From a virus (Duplodnaviria; Caudoviricetes), in IMG/VR virus record IMGVR_UViG_3300032087_002691, positions 1 through 58,510 of that record: a stretch of 58,510 bases of DNA. One strand, 5' to 3'. The stretch's first letter is position 1, and every line of letters starts with the position of its first letter. The position numbers and the translations under genes are program-made. The notes under the pieces are model-generated. The model was not told the DNA's origin and searched no databases. It worked only from the letters and a program-made list of their open reading frames with translations. Of this stretch, positions 38,268 to 45,302 are shown piece after piece.

Positions 38268-38272
38268 AACGA

Positions 38273-39295
38273 TTATTTTTTAGGGGTTAGGTATTTTGCT
38301 ACTTGTTCTCTAACGCTAGTCGGTAGATTGTTATTGTCGATGAGACTAATAATTTTTTCTTGAACGATGCCCTTCTTTTCTTGCGTCTCGGCAAGGTGGT
38401 CTTTATGCTTTTGAACTAATTTCTCAGCGTCAGAGATGCGTGAAGGGATGTCCTCTTCGAGGAATTCGAGACGCTTCACCTCCTGAAGATTGCTTGCCAT
38501 TGCCTTTGCTACATCGAAGCTCAACCCATCGGCAACCACATCGTAAATCCACTTGTCAACAACCTCCTCTGAGTCTTCTCTTACACTGAAGCTTATGTAC
38601 CCAGATTCGCCAAGCTTAAGGACAGAGAATGTCTTCTCCTTGACGTTCTTCATGACATCACGAACGATAGCTACGAAGTCGTCCATAGAGATGAACCATC
38701 TGTTTGTGACTACAAGGTCACCCTTACGTATCTTGCCTCGTTCAACGTCCTCAGTGATGGCACGTTCACAAATCTCAAGTTGTCGAGCGTGTTCGTAGTC
38801 CATAGAGAAGTACAGCTCCTTGAGACTATCGTAGTACCCTAGCTGCGTGAAGTCTTGAATCTTTGTTGGGTGAATCTCGTCGGTCAAGCACAGGGTGTAG
38901 TACCCATCAAACTTTACTGCGTATGTGTTTGGTACGGGGGAGCCAGACACTCGACGTGCGTTGACCGCGCCATCGATTTCAAAGGACTTGTCGAAGCATT
39001 GAGACAGCCTGTAGTTAGAAAGCTCAACGTCTATCGCCTTGACCACATCGTCGATAACGATGCCGAGGAAGTTCACGTAGTCGTCGTGCAGCTTTCTGTC
39101 GAATTGAGAATCGCAAATAGCCATCTCTTCGTTAGACATGATTCGCTCCGCGTCCATGAACTTCTTGACCTCCATCCGAACAAACCAATGGCTTGCATCC
39201 TCTCTCTTGGAGCGAGCGTATTTGAACGCATTGGACGCGAGGAACGATTTGGTGACGACGCTTGCGTCAGGTAGTTTTACTGCTGTCTTGCTCAT
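38273..39295 (-). CDS. Hypothetical protein with a C-terminal coiled coil
   Basis: 340-aa ORF in the operon; no motif recognised. Confidence 0.75.
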   Translation of the reverse strand: MSKTAVKLPDASVVTKSFLASNAFKYARSKREDASHWFVRMEVKKFMDAERIMSNEEMAICDSQFDRKLHDDYVNFLGIVIDDVVKAIDVELSNYRLSQCFDKSFEIDGAVNARRVSGSPVPNTYAVKFDGYYTLCLTDEIHPTKIQDFTQLGYYDSLKELYFSMDYEHARQLEICERAITEDVERGKIRKGDLVVTNRWFISMDDFVAIVRDVMKNVKEKTFSVLKLGESGYISFSVREDSEEVVDKWIYDVVADGLSFDVAKAMASNLQEVKRLEFLEEDIPSRISDAEKLVQKHKDHLAETQEKKGIVQEKIISLIDNNNLPTSVREQVAKYLTPKK

Positions 39296-39300
39296 TAGAT

Positions 39301-39702
39301 TTATTTTTTGATGTACAGGTTTGAAACAACCTCATTAAACTCTGATGTAGTAATCTCTTTGTTTCGGACAAGTTGAGATAGCATAACGATTGTACTGCCA
39401 GTGCGTTGTTCTTTTTGCCGAGGGATTTGTATTTCTGTATCATCTTCTTTAAGTACAGAAAGAGTTCCTCGTCTAATTTTTTTATTGATTGCTGTTTGTA
39501 ACGTCAGGAAGTTGCTGTTCCACATCAACCCGCAAAAGTCATTTAGAGTTTGTTTTTCTCTCATGTTTAAACCATTGCCAGACACATAGGTAATCCCTTC
39601 GTGAGGCCCAGACTTATACACTCGAAGCATTCTTTTGTTGAAGTTCTTATCAAAGAACTCGTTCAGCTTGTTGAGGCATTCTTGGTTGTATTTGCTCATC
39701 AT
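39301..39702 (-). CDS. Hypothetical basic protein
   Basis: Start moved to MMSKYNQ because the longer start overlaps the ORF at 39710-39886. Confidence 0.65.
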   Translation of the reverse strand: MMSKYNQECLNKLNEFFDKNFNKRMLRVYKSGPHEGITYVSGNGLNMREKQTLNDFCGLMWNSNFLTLQTAINKKIRRGTLSVLKEDDTEIQIPRQKEQRTGSTIVMLSQLVRNKEITTSEFNEVVSNLYIKK

Positions 39703-39709
39703 ATTGTAT

Positions 39710-39886
39710 TTATAGGTTGATTTCGAAAATTCCTCTCCACTCCTCTCCTTCATTGAAGTCCTCCATGGATTTGTAGTTTGTCTGCATCATGTCGTTCCAC
39801 TCTTGCAGGTACTCATCCATGTCTTCGATGATTACTCCTTCGTGGTACTCGTCGTACTCGACTTGGATGTATATTGACTTACTCAT
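39710..39886 (-). CDS. 58-aa highly acidic early protein
   Basis: MSKSIYIQVEYDEYHEGVIIEDMDEYLQEWNDMMQTNYKSMEDFNEGEEWRGIFEINL, first gene after the promoter at 39919-39944. Confidence 0.7.
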   Translation of the reverse strand: MSKSIYIQVEYDEYHEGVIIEDMDEYLQEWNDMMQTNYKSMEDFNEGEEWRGIFEINL

Positions 39887-39918
39887 AGCTTATTGTATTT
39901 AGGGGTTTCTAGTTTTAG

Positions 39919-39944
39919 AACGCGAGCGCTCTTGGTTTATTGTG
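39919..39944 (-). promoter_or_regulatory. Early-type promoter motif CACAATA-N15-CGTT
   Basis: One of eight copies, each just upstream of a minus-strand ATG. Confidence 0.75.
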
Positions 39945-40196
39945 TTAACGGATGGGAATTCTCTTATCCTCTACATATATGTGCTCAGCCATCATGAATT
40001 CCCTCCAATTCCATCCCTTCTGTGGCCTGCGATTGTCGTCGTGATGGACAGCGTTCTTCCACACGTACACACTCATATATTCAGTGCCTTCATCTAGAAG
40101 TTGATTGATTCTTTTGACGGCTCCGTAGTAGTCCTTCTCGTAGTAGTAGTAAGACTTGCCGCATGGTTGCACTCTGAAAACATTGTTGTATGCCAT
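39945..40196 (-). CDS. Hypothetical early protein
   Basis: 83-aa ATG ORF. Confidence 0.65.
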   Translation of the reverse strand: MAYNNVFRVQPCGKSYYYYEKDYYGAVKRINQLLDEGTEYMSVYVWKNAVHHDDNRRPQKGWNWREFMMAEHIYVEDKRIPIR

Positions 40197-40198
40197 GA

Positions 40199-40306
40199 TT
40201 AATCTTCTTTTTCTTGTTCGTTATCGGCAGATGTAGTTTCGTTGTCATCGGATGTGTCTGCAAACATCTCGAATATCTTAAGCACTTCTTTGGTTGGGTC
40301 AATCAT
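40199..40306 (-). CDS. 35-aa acidic peptide
   Basis: MIDPTKEVLKIFEMFADTSDDNETTSADNEQEKED, directly behind the promoter at 40330-40355. Confidence 0.55.
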   Translation of the reverse strand: MIDPTKEVLKIFEMFADTSDDNETTSADNEQEKED

Positions 40307-40329
40307 TTGTATTGTGTTTCTAGTGTTAG

Positions 40330-40378
40330 AACGTCAGTGTTCTCGGCTTATTGCGTGTCACTTGTTAACGGATGTTAA
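40330..40378 (-). promoter_or_regulatory. Early promoter CGCAATA-N15-CGTT plus upstream TTAACA-N4-TTAACA box
   Basis: Motif at 40330-40355; tandem box at 40363-40378. Confidence 0.75.
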
Positions 40379-40561
40379 ATCTGTAAACTTCCATTCGATG
40401 CAGTCAAGGACAACATTCGTTCGTTGGGGAGAGATGGAGAGGTCAGTAGAAAATTGCTCAAACCATTCTCCATCCATCGTCCTGATATGCTCAAGCATCA
40501 TCACATGGTCAGGTCTCCCAAACAAATACTTCTTTTCAATCTCGTAAACCAAGTTCCTCAT
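40358..40561 (-). CDS. Hypothetical early protein
   Basis: ATG ORF overlapping its neighbours. Confidence 0.55.
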   Translation of the reverse strand: MRNLVYEIEKKYLFGRPDHVMMLEHIRTMDGEWFEQFSTDLSISPQRTNVVLDCIEWKFTDLTSVNK

Positions 40562-40748
40562 ACATCTCAGGTATATCGATGAAGTCAGAGAAGATTGATG
40601 CTATGCCGCGAGCAACGAACTGACTATAGTCGTCGGGGAGCGATGCATACAAGGCATATGACCTGATGACGTCCTCTTTCGGTAGCACATTGCATATCTC
40701 AATAGCTAACTGACGCGCTCGTATTACTTCTTGAATGGATAAGCTCAT
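40536..40748 (-). CDS. Hypothetical early protein
   Basis: ATGA-coupled ORF. Confidence 0.6.
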   Translation of the reverse strand: MSLSIQEVIRARQLAIEICNVLPKEDVIRSYALYASLPDDYSQFVARGIASIFSDFIDIPEMYEELGLRD

Positions 40749-40975
40749 AGGGATTCAAGATTACAGGTGATGTCACCTCGGTTATTCAAGTATCCTTGTA
40801 GGATAAGATTACGTGCGCCACGTCCGTAGCTGCCTTGCAGGTGATTCACCATTCCCGTCTTGATTAGGTTTGAAAATAACACGATGGTGTCTGCGTTATT
40901 CAGCTCTCCAGACTCGAAGGCAATAATGGTGGTGACAAGGTCAACTTTTTTTTGCTTTCTCTTATACATAGTCAT
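40745..40975 (-). CDS. Conserved small phage early protein
   Basis: I.AFESGEL...LF..LIKTG....LQGSYGR.A..LI..G pattern that recurs in phage early regions. Confidence 0.7.
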   Translation of the reverse strand: MTMYKRKQKKVDLVTTIIAFESGELNNADTIVLFSNLIKTGMVNHLQGSYGRGARNLILQGYLNNRGDITCNLESL

Positions 40976-41223
40976 TGAGTTTTAGTTTGGTTTTCTTCGA
41001 TGATGCGGAGAATGTCTCCAAGGTTGTGGAACTTGACGCTGTCTCCGATAACATCCGTCACCCTGCCTTTGTCTAGCTTAACCAAGGCCATCTCTTGTGT
41101 CCCGTCTCCCATCTCCACGAGGGAGATTGACATAGTGTCCGACAGACGGAGTCTTACTTGGGCTCGTTGTGTTCCGACCACATGGGTCATAACTACATCG
41201 ATGTTGTGTGGGTCAAAGGTCAT
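40972..41223 (-). CDS. Hypothetical early protein
   Basis: ATG ORF. Its initiation region is duplicated at 41416-41434. Confidence 0.65.
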   Translation of the reverse strand: MTFDPHNIDVVMTHVVGTQRAQVRLRLSDTMSISLVEMGDGTQEMALVKLDKGRVTDVIGDSVKFHNLGDILRIIEENQTKTQ

Positions 41224-41240
41224 TGTTCTTGGTTTTGTGT

Positions 41241-41423
41241 TTATAGTCCTGCAAGTTGTAGCACATCGGTTGCTTGGCAGTAGTCGTCATAGGTGCCGTA
41301 CAGGTAGATGATGTGGTTGTCGGTGTGCTCTGCGCATCCTACGCTGAACTTGTAACCGAAGGCAGAGAGGACTCCTGATTCCTGTTGGCTATCTGTCTTG
41401 CATAATTGAATTTCGAAGGTCAT
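41241..41423 (-). CDS. Hypothetical early protein (60 aa, MTFEIQLCK...)
   Basis: Start reassigned using the duplicated initiation region AACCAAGARCAATGACCTT. Confidence 0.6.
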   Translation of the reverse strand: MTFEIQLCKTDSQQESGVLSAFGYKFSVGCAEHTDNHIIYLYGTYDDYCQATDVLQLAGL

Positions 41424-41512
41424 TGCTCTTGGTTGTTTTTGATTTCTAGGTATCCGTGAATTGTGGCGCACACGATGGCTCCGATGATGCATATGTACAG
41501 GAGGACTTCCAT
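41420..41512 (-). CDS. 30-aa single-TM peptide
   Basis: MEVLLYICIIGAIVCATIHGYLEIKNNQEQ; stop coupled (ATGA) to the next gene. Confidence 0.55.
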   Translation of the reverse strand: MEVLLYICIIGAIVCATIHGYLEIKNNQEQ

Positions 41513-41528
41513 TTGTTTCTAGTTGAGA

Positions 41529-41621
41529 TTAAGACAAGGAGTAGCTGACGAGCATGTAGGTTCCGACTCCGAATACTGATGCCGCGAGGGACAGGTTGGT
41601 AACAAATAGGATGGCAATCAT
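41529..41621 (-). CDS. 30-aa hydrophobic peptide
   Basis: MIAILFVTNLSLAASVFGVGTYMLVSYSLS, directly behind the promoter at 41655-41680. Confidence 0.55.
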   Translation of the reverse strand: MIAILFVTNLSLAASVFGVGTYMLVSYSLS

Positions 41622-41630
41622 AGCTTTAAG

Positions 41631-41680
41631 TTTTTAGTAGGTTTCTAGTATTATAACGCCCGTGTTTTCTAGTTATTGTG
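41631..41680 (-). promoter_or_regulatory. Early promoter CACAATA-N15-CGTT with duplicated leader
   Basis: Motif at 41655-41680. 41631-41658 matches 41844-41871 at 27 of 28 positions. Confidence 0.78.
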
Positions 41681-41699
41681 TCTGAGTTGTAAAAAAGTG

Positions 41700-41834
41700 T
41701 TAACTATCTTTTTCTTCTGAATTGATGGTGCGCTCGGTCAACTTCTTTGCGAGAGATTTGTTGTGCTTAACTAGTTCTGATTCCTCCACCTTGGAGAGTT
41801 CGACGATAGTGTTGAAGATGTCTTTGACATTCAT
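41700..41834 (-). CDS. 44-aa early protein
   Basis: MNVKDIFNTIVELSKVEESELVKHNKSLAKKLTERTINSEEKDS, between two promoter copies. Confidence 0.6.
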   Translation of the reverse strand: MNVKDIFNTIVELSKVEESELVKHNKSLAKKLTERTINSEEKDS

Positions 41835-41843
41835 GGCATATAC

Positions 41844-41917
41844 TTTTTAGTAGGTTTCTAGTACTATAACGTGGTGGGGAGAACCATATTGTCCTCCCCT
41901 TTGTTAACGGATGTTAA
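41844..41917 (-). promoter_or_regulatory. Early promoter GACAATA-N15-CGTT plus TTAACA-N4-TTAACA box
   Basis: Motif at 41868-41893; box at 41902-41917. Confidence 0.78.
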
Positions 41918-42804
41918 TCTCCGAGGATGCAGTCTACTGCCTTCATCGCTTGGGTGCAGGCACTGACAAGGAACTTCTTGTCGTTGCCAATCTTGCTAAT
42001 CCACCCGTTGATGTATGCCTGCGAGTTTGTGTGGTCAGACTTGGGGCTCAGCCCCACGATGCCTGTCAGGAATTCGGCACCAACTTCCGCCACCAATTCC
42101 TCCTTGCTATAGTTCTCGTCACCGAAGGAGTTCATGTCAACCAAAGTCTTGCGATTCAACAGACTCTCGTGGCCTGTGCTATGCGTCAGCTCGTGGAAGA
42201 GCACCTTGTAGTAGTCGTCAGCCGACACGAAGGTCTCCATCCTCGGCATCTGAACGTGGTGGGTCGCTGGCCTGTAGTATGCTCGGTCTCCTCCCTGCTC
42301 CAAGGTTGGTCGCCCCTTGAACTTCTCGTAGATGGCGTCAGCGCGCTCGATAGGCGTTGAATCATTGCCAGCTGACACGGGCTCGCGTCTCGGCTCGATG
42401 TCGTCGCATTGGGCAATGTTGAACACGTTGTAGGAGCGCAGGGAGAACAACTTCTCGTAGGCCATACCAACAGGGATGTCAGACTCTTTCTTGTAAATCT
42501 TCTTGTCCTCTCCCTTGAAGAAGATGTTCCAGAAGATGACCATCGTGGATGTCTCTCCCTTGCGGACCTGACCACCAAGCTGAGATGCCTGCTTGTACGT
42601 GAGCCATTCGTTGTGCTCATACTTCTTGTCATCCATCTCCGCGAAGAGGAAGAACACGTTCATCCCCTTGTACGGACGTCCTGTGGCTCGGTTGATTGGG
42701 GCCAGCCCACCTGAACCTTCCCATGGGCGGAACCATGCCATGCCTTTGTCCTTGAGTCCGTTGATGACGCGCTCGGTCACCTTGTCATAAATGTCTTGCT
42801 TCAT
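41914..42804 (-). CDS. ardC: ArdC-family protein (ssDNA-binding domain plus zincin-like domain)
   Basis: IY..VT.RVI..L..G...W.RPW, YKGMN, WLTYKQA..LGGQVRKGE, VFNIAQ, HELTHSTGH..LLNR, YSKEELVAE. Confidence 0.93.
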   Translation of the reverse strand: MKQDIYDKVTERVINGLKDKGMAWFRPWEGSGGLAPINRATGRPYKGMNVFFLFAEMDDKKYEHNEWLTYKQASQLGGQVRKGETSTMVIFWNIFFKGEDKKIYKKESDIPVGMAYEKLFSLRSYNVFNIAQCDDIEPRREPVSAGNDSTPIERADAIYEKFKGRPTLEQGGDRAYYRPATHHVQMPRMETFVSADDYYKVLFHELTHSTGHESLLNRKTLVDMNSFGDENYSKEELVAEVGAEFLTGIVGLSPKSDHTNSQAYINGWISKIGNDKKFLVSACTQAMKAVDCILGD

Positions 42805-42835
42805 AGCTTGTATTTTTAGTTCCCTCTGTTAGTCT

Positions 42836-42862
42836 AACGCTTATCGGTCTCGGATTATTGTG
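42836..42862 (-). promoter_or_regulatory. Early promoter CACAATA-N16-CGTT for ardC
   Basis: Motif copy about 30 nt upstream of ATG 42804. Confidence 0.75.
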
Positions 42863-43043
42863 TTTGAGACTCTTTGAACTCAATGGTGAGTTGCTCGATT
42901 GTCTTTCCGTCATTCAGAATGTCTGCACGAGTATTCAACCATGCCACCATATCTCGCAGGAACTCCGCTCCCGCGTCTACGTTTTCTTCGCCATTTGGTG
43001 CTTGGTATGGCGTATCCTTGAAGTTATAAATGTCTTGCTTCAT
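42855..43043 (-). CDS. Hypothetical early protein sharing its first 6 codons (MKQDIY) with ArdC
   Basis: 23-nt identity between 43026-43048 and 42787-42809. Confidence 0.65.
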   Translation of the reverse strand: MKQDIYNFKDTPYQAPNGEENVDAGAEFLRDMVAWLNTRADILNDGKTIEQLTIEFKESQTQ

Positions 43044-43053
43044 AGCTTTTTTA

Positions 43054-43149
43054 TTAGAGTTCGTTGTACGCTAGAGTGAACGCAATCGATACGATTGTTA
43101 TTGTGAAGACTATCAACATAACAGCGTTTGGGTCATTTAAGATGCTCAT
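43054..43149 (-). CDS. 31-aa single-TM peptide, first gene of the early arm
   Basis: MSILNDPNAVMLIVFTITIVSIAFTLAYNEL behind the promoter at 43193-43219. Confidence 0.5.
   Translation of the reverse strand: MSILNDPNAVMLIVFTITIVSIAFTLAYNEL
43079..43105 (-). promoter_or_regulatory. Early promoter CACAATA-N16-CGTT
   Basis: Motif copy upstream of ATG 43043. Confidence 0.7.
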
Positions 43150-43192
43150 AGCGTATAAAAATTAAAGGGTTGGGGTTGTGTGTTTCTTAGTT

Positions 43193-43241
43193 AACGATTT
43201 TCGCTTTCTGGATATTGTGCAGAAGTGTTAAGCGATGTTAA
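43193..43241 (-). promoter_or_regulatory. Early promoter CACAATA-N16-CGTT plus TTAACA-N4-TTAACA box
   Basis: Motif at 43193-43219; box at 43226-43241. Confidence 0.78.
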
Positions 43242-43613
43242 CGAGTTCCCATTGGTGGGGTTACCTTTCTGGCTGATGAATCGTGGGGGTTGATTGTCCC
43301 GCGTGTTTGGGTCTCGCGTTTCTGTGTCCAGTTCATCGGTCTCTTGGGGGAGAATAAAAATCTGAAATCATAATCTGAAACTTGGAATCGTAAAAGCGGA
43401 AAAGTCAGACCCCTAGGGTTCAGGATTCGGTTTCGGTTGGAGTACCACACGACGTGTACATGTACATAATCCCCTAGGTGTGTATATCTGACCCATTTTC
43501 ACATAACTTTGCATAAGAATTATATGCCACCATGTCTTGTATCCTACTCATTTCTGTCAGTTTCTTAGCCTTATTGTTGCACCACTTCTATCCCAACAAG
43601 AACTACTAGTCAT

Positions 43614-43661
43614 TTAACACTAGTTAACACTTGACTTTTAAAAAAATAAGTAGTACCTTTG
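43614..43661 (+). promoter_or_regulatory. Rightward Bacteroidota promoter TTG-N20-TACCTTTG preceded by TTAACA-N4-TTAACA
   Basis: Box at 43614-43629, TTG at 43631-43633, -7 element at 43654-43661. Confidence 0.75.
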
Positions 43662-43672
43662 CTATGCTCTTG

Positions 43673-43756
43673 AGCGGTTATGGTCTTAAGGGTTTGGACT
43701 TGGGGTCCCACCCTTAATCAGACCTTTTAATTCCTAAGGGAGTACAAAACACCGCT
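43673..43756 (+). ncRNA. Structured RNA or leader immediately downstream of the rightward promoter
   Basis: AGCGGT/ACCGCT closing stem enclosing a GGTC-TTAAGGGT-GGAC/GTCC-ACCCTTAA-GACC hairpin and a small TTCC/GGAG hairpin. Confidence 0.55.
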
Positions 43757-43787
43757 AAATAAATAAGTATCAAGGGCAAGCTGTGCC

Positions 43788-43955
43788 ATGGATATAAATG
43801 AATTTCAACTAGAGTTACTGAGGCAAGCTGTCTCAAACTCGCGAGGGCAGCATACTGCCAGGGGTAGACGTAGGGCTATGGCTAGAGCCTTAGATAAACT
43901 ATCCTCTAAACACAATAATGTAGGTGATGACTCGTTAGAGGGTCATGAAGAATAA
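43788..43955 (+). CDS. 55-aa hypothetical protein
   Basis: MDINEFQLELLRQAVSNSRGQHTARGRRRAMARALDKL...; read manually, overlaps the next start. Confidence 0.5.
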   Translation: MDINEFQLELLRQAVSNSRGQHTARGRRRAMARALDKLSSKHNNVGDDSLEGHEE

Positions 43956-44217
43956 AGAACCTATCTATATGTGTGACGTTGTCTTGTATGATGGCAAGGC
44001 AAAGAAGGAATACAAGCTGTTTGATTCAATCCTGGTTGGTAACGACAAGGGTTTGATATGGGGTAACCCCTATTTCAGGGGGAAGCTTATCAGGGATATC
44101 TTCAAGACGAAGGCCAGAATAGCCCGACAGCAAGACAACCTACACCTTATATGTAGGCACATTGAGTTCAAGAAGTTTATTAGTCACTCCAACGTAAATT
44201 GGGGTTGCACTAAATGA
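43945..44217 (+). CDS. Hypothetical protein
   Basis: 90-aa ATG ORF. Confidence 0.65.
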   Translation: MKNKEPIYMCDVVLYDGKAKKEYKLFDSILVGNDKGLIWGNPYFRGKLIRDIFKTKARIARQQDNLHLICRHIEFKKFISHSNVNWGCTK

Positions 44218-44230
44218 CTATATTTGCACC

Positions 44231-44617
44231 ATGAGAGTAAAGAAAAACACATACTATGGCCTCGGTGGCATGATGAAGACGTACCGCGAAGGCGGTATGA
44301 TGCCAGAAGAGGGTCAACCAATGGGTCAACAGGGCGGTATGGCACCTCGTGAGGGTGGCATGGCACCTGAACAAGGTCGCCCACCTATGGAGGGTCAGTC
44401 TGAACAACCTCAGTTCTCCGAGGAGGAGGTCATGGAGATTGTCAACGAGGTACGCCAGTACTTCTCTGAGGTCATGCCTGACACGCAGCTCCCACCAGAG
44501 TTTATTGCCAAGGTGGCTGAAGCATACGCTATGTCTGGCAGAAACCCTGCGGTTCTCGAAGAGGCTGTTAAATACGCACAGGGACAGGGCGGTGAAGACC
44601 AGCAAGCGGTCCGATAG
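44231..44617 (+). CDS. Met/Gly/Gln-rich protein with repeated xxGGM motifs
   Basis: YGLGGMM, YREGGMM, QQGGMAP, REGGMAP. Preceded by TATATTTG-CACC-ATG. Confidence 0.7.
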   Translation: MRVKKNTYYGLGGMMKTYREGGMMPEEGQPMGQQGGMAPREGGMAPEQGRPPMEGQSEQPQFSEEEVMEIVNEVRQYFSEVMPDTQLPPEFIAKVAEAYAMSGRNPAVLEEAVKYAQGQGGEDQQAVR

Positions 44618-44783
44618 AAAGAAACTAACCGTTTCCTCCAAAAAAATTTCCGTCCCGCCTCCAGCGGGATATCATTGGATGGAGGAAGGGGGCAGGTATT
44701 ACCTGATGAAGGGTGATTACCAGCCGCACCCTGGTGCCATGAAGGAAGCTGAGTTTAAACTAGCTACCCATGGGAAATCGTAA
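44592..44783 (+). CDS. Small basic conserved protein (PPPAGYHWM motif)
   Basis: GTG start at 44592, 3' part of the ORF-track entry 44349-44783. Confidence 0.55.
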   Translation: MKTSKRSDRKKLTVSSKKISVPPPAGYHWMEEGGRYYLMKGDYQPHPGAMKEAEFKLATHGKS

Positions 44784-45162
44784 ACAACCATATAAGATGG
44801 GGTGGCCTAAGAAATACTTCAAGGGCAAACCCAACAGTGGCTCCGACGCCAGCTGGAAAGAGAGTATGGATACGAGAAAGGAGGCTTATGAGGCTGGCGA
44901 GAAGATAGATTTCGATGATGTATTGGAGGATGGTGGTAAGATTAAAGCCAAGCCAATAAACGACACCGTAAAGAAGACACTTAAAAATAAATCCAAGGAA
45001 TCTGGTATATCATACGGAACACTAGCTAAGGTGTACCGACGTGGTCAGGGGGCTTGGATGTCTGGGGGCAGTAGGAAAGGGGTAGGCATGGCTGGCTGGG
45101 CCATGGGGAGAGTCAACAGCTTTATCAAGGGCTCTAAGAAGCACGACACAGACTTGAGATGA
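44770..45162 (+). CDS. Basic conserved phage protein (DUF5824-like)
   Basis: L..KSKESGISYG.L.KVYRRG.GAW...WAMGRVNSFI. Confidence 0.7.
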   Translation: MGNRKQPYKMGWPKKYFKGKPNSGSDASWKESMDTRKEAYEAGEKIDFDDVLEDGGKIKAKPINDTVKKTLKNKSKESGISYGTLAKVYRRGQGAWMSGGSRKGVGMAGWAMGRVNSFIKGSKKHDTDLR

Positions 45163-45287
45163 AGAAGCAGGTATCGACATACCTGTCAAAATCTGTGCGC
45201 AGAAAGGGCGTCCACGCAAAGACCAAGTCCTCTAAGAACAAGAGGAGCAGGCTATATAAGAAGAGAAATATAGGTCAGGGTCGATAG
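45159..45287 (+). CDS. 42-aa very basic peptide ending GQGR
   Basis: MKKQVSTYLSKSVRRKGVHAKTKSSKNKRSRLYKKRNIGQGR; ATGA-coupled. Confidence 0.7.
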   Translation: MKKQVSTYLSKSVRRKGVHAKTKSSKNKRSRLYKKRNIGQGR

Positions 45288-45302
45288 TATTATATTTGCC
45301 GT

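Noticed and set aside
39900-43250. CRISPR array or integron attC sites in the repeated early-region motifs
   Set aside because: The repeats are bipartite with variable cores, irregularly spaced, non-palindromic and always upstream of ATGs, which is promoter-like. No cas or integrase gene is present.
43238-43450. 70-aa minus-strand ORF in the divergence region, and the many antisense ORFs in the track
   Set aside because: Non-ATG start, upstream of the first early promoter, no protein-like features. The antisense ORFs shadow well-supported genes.
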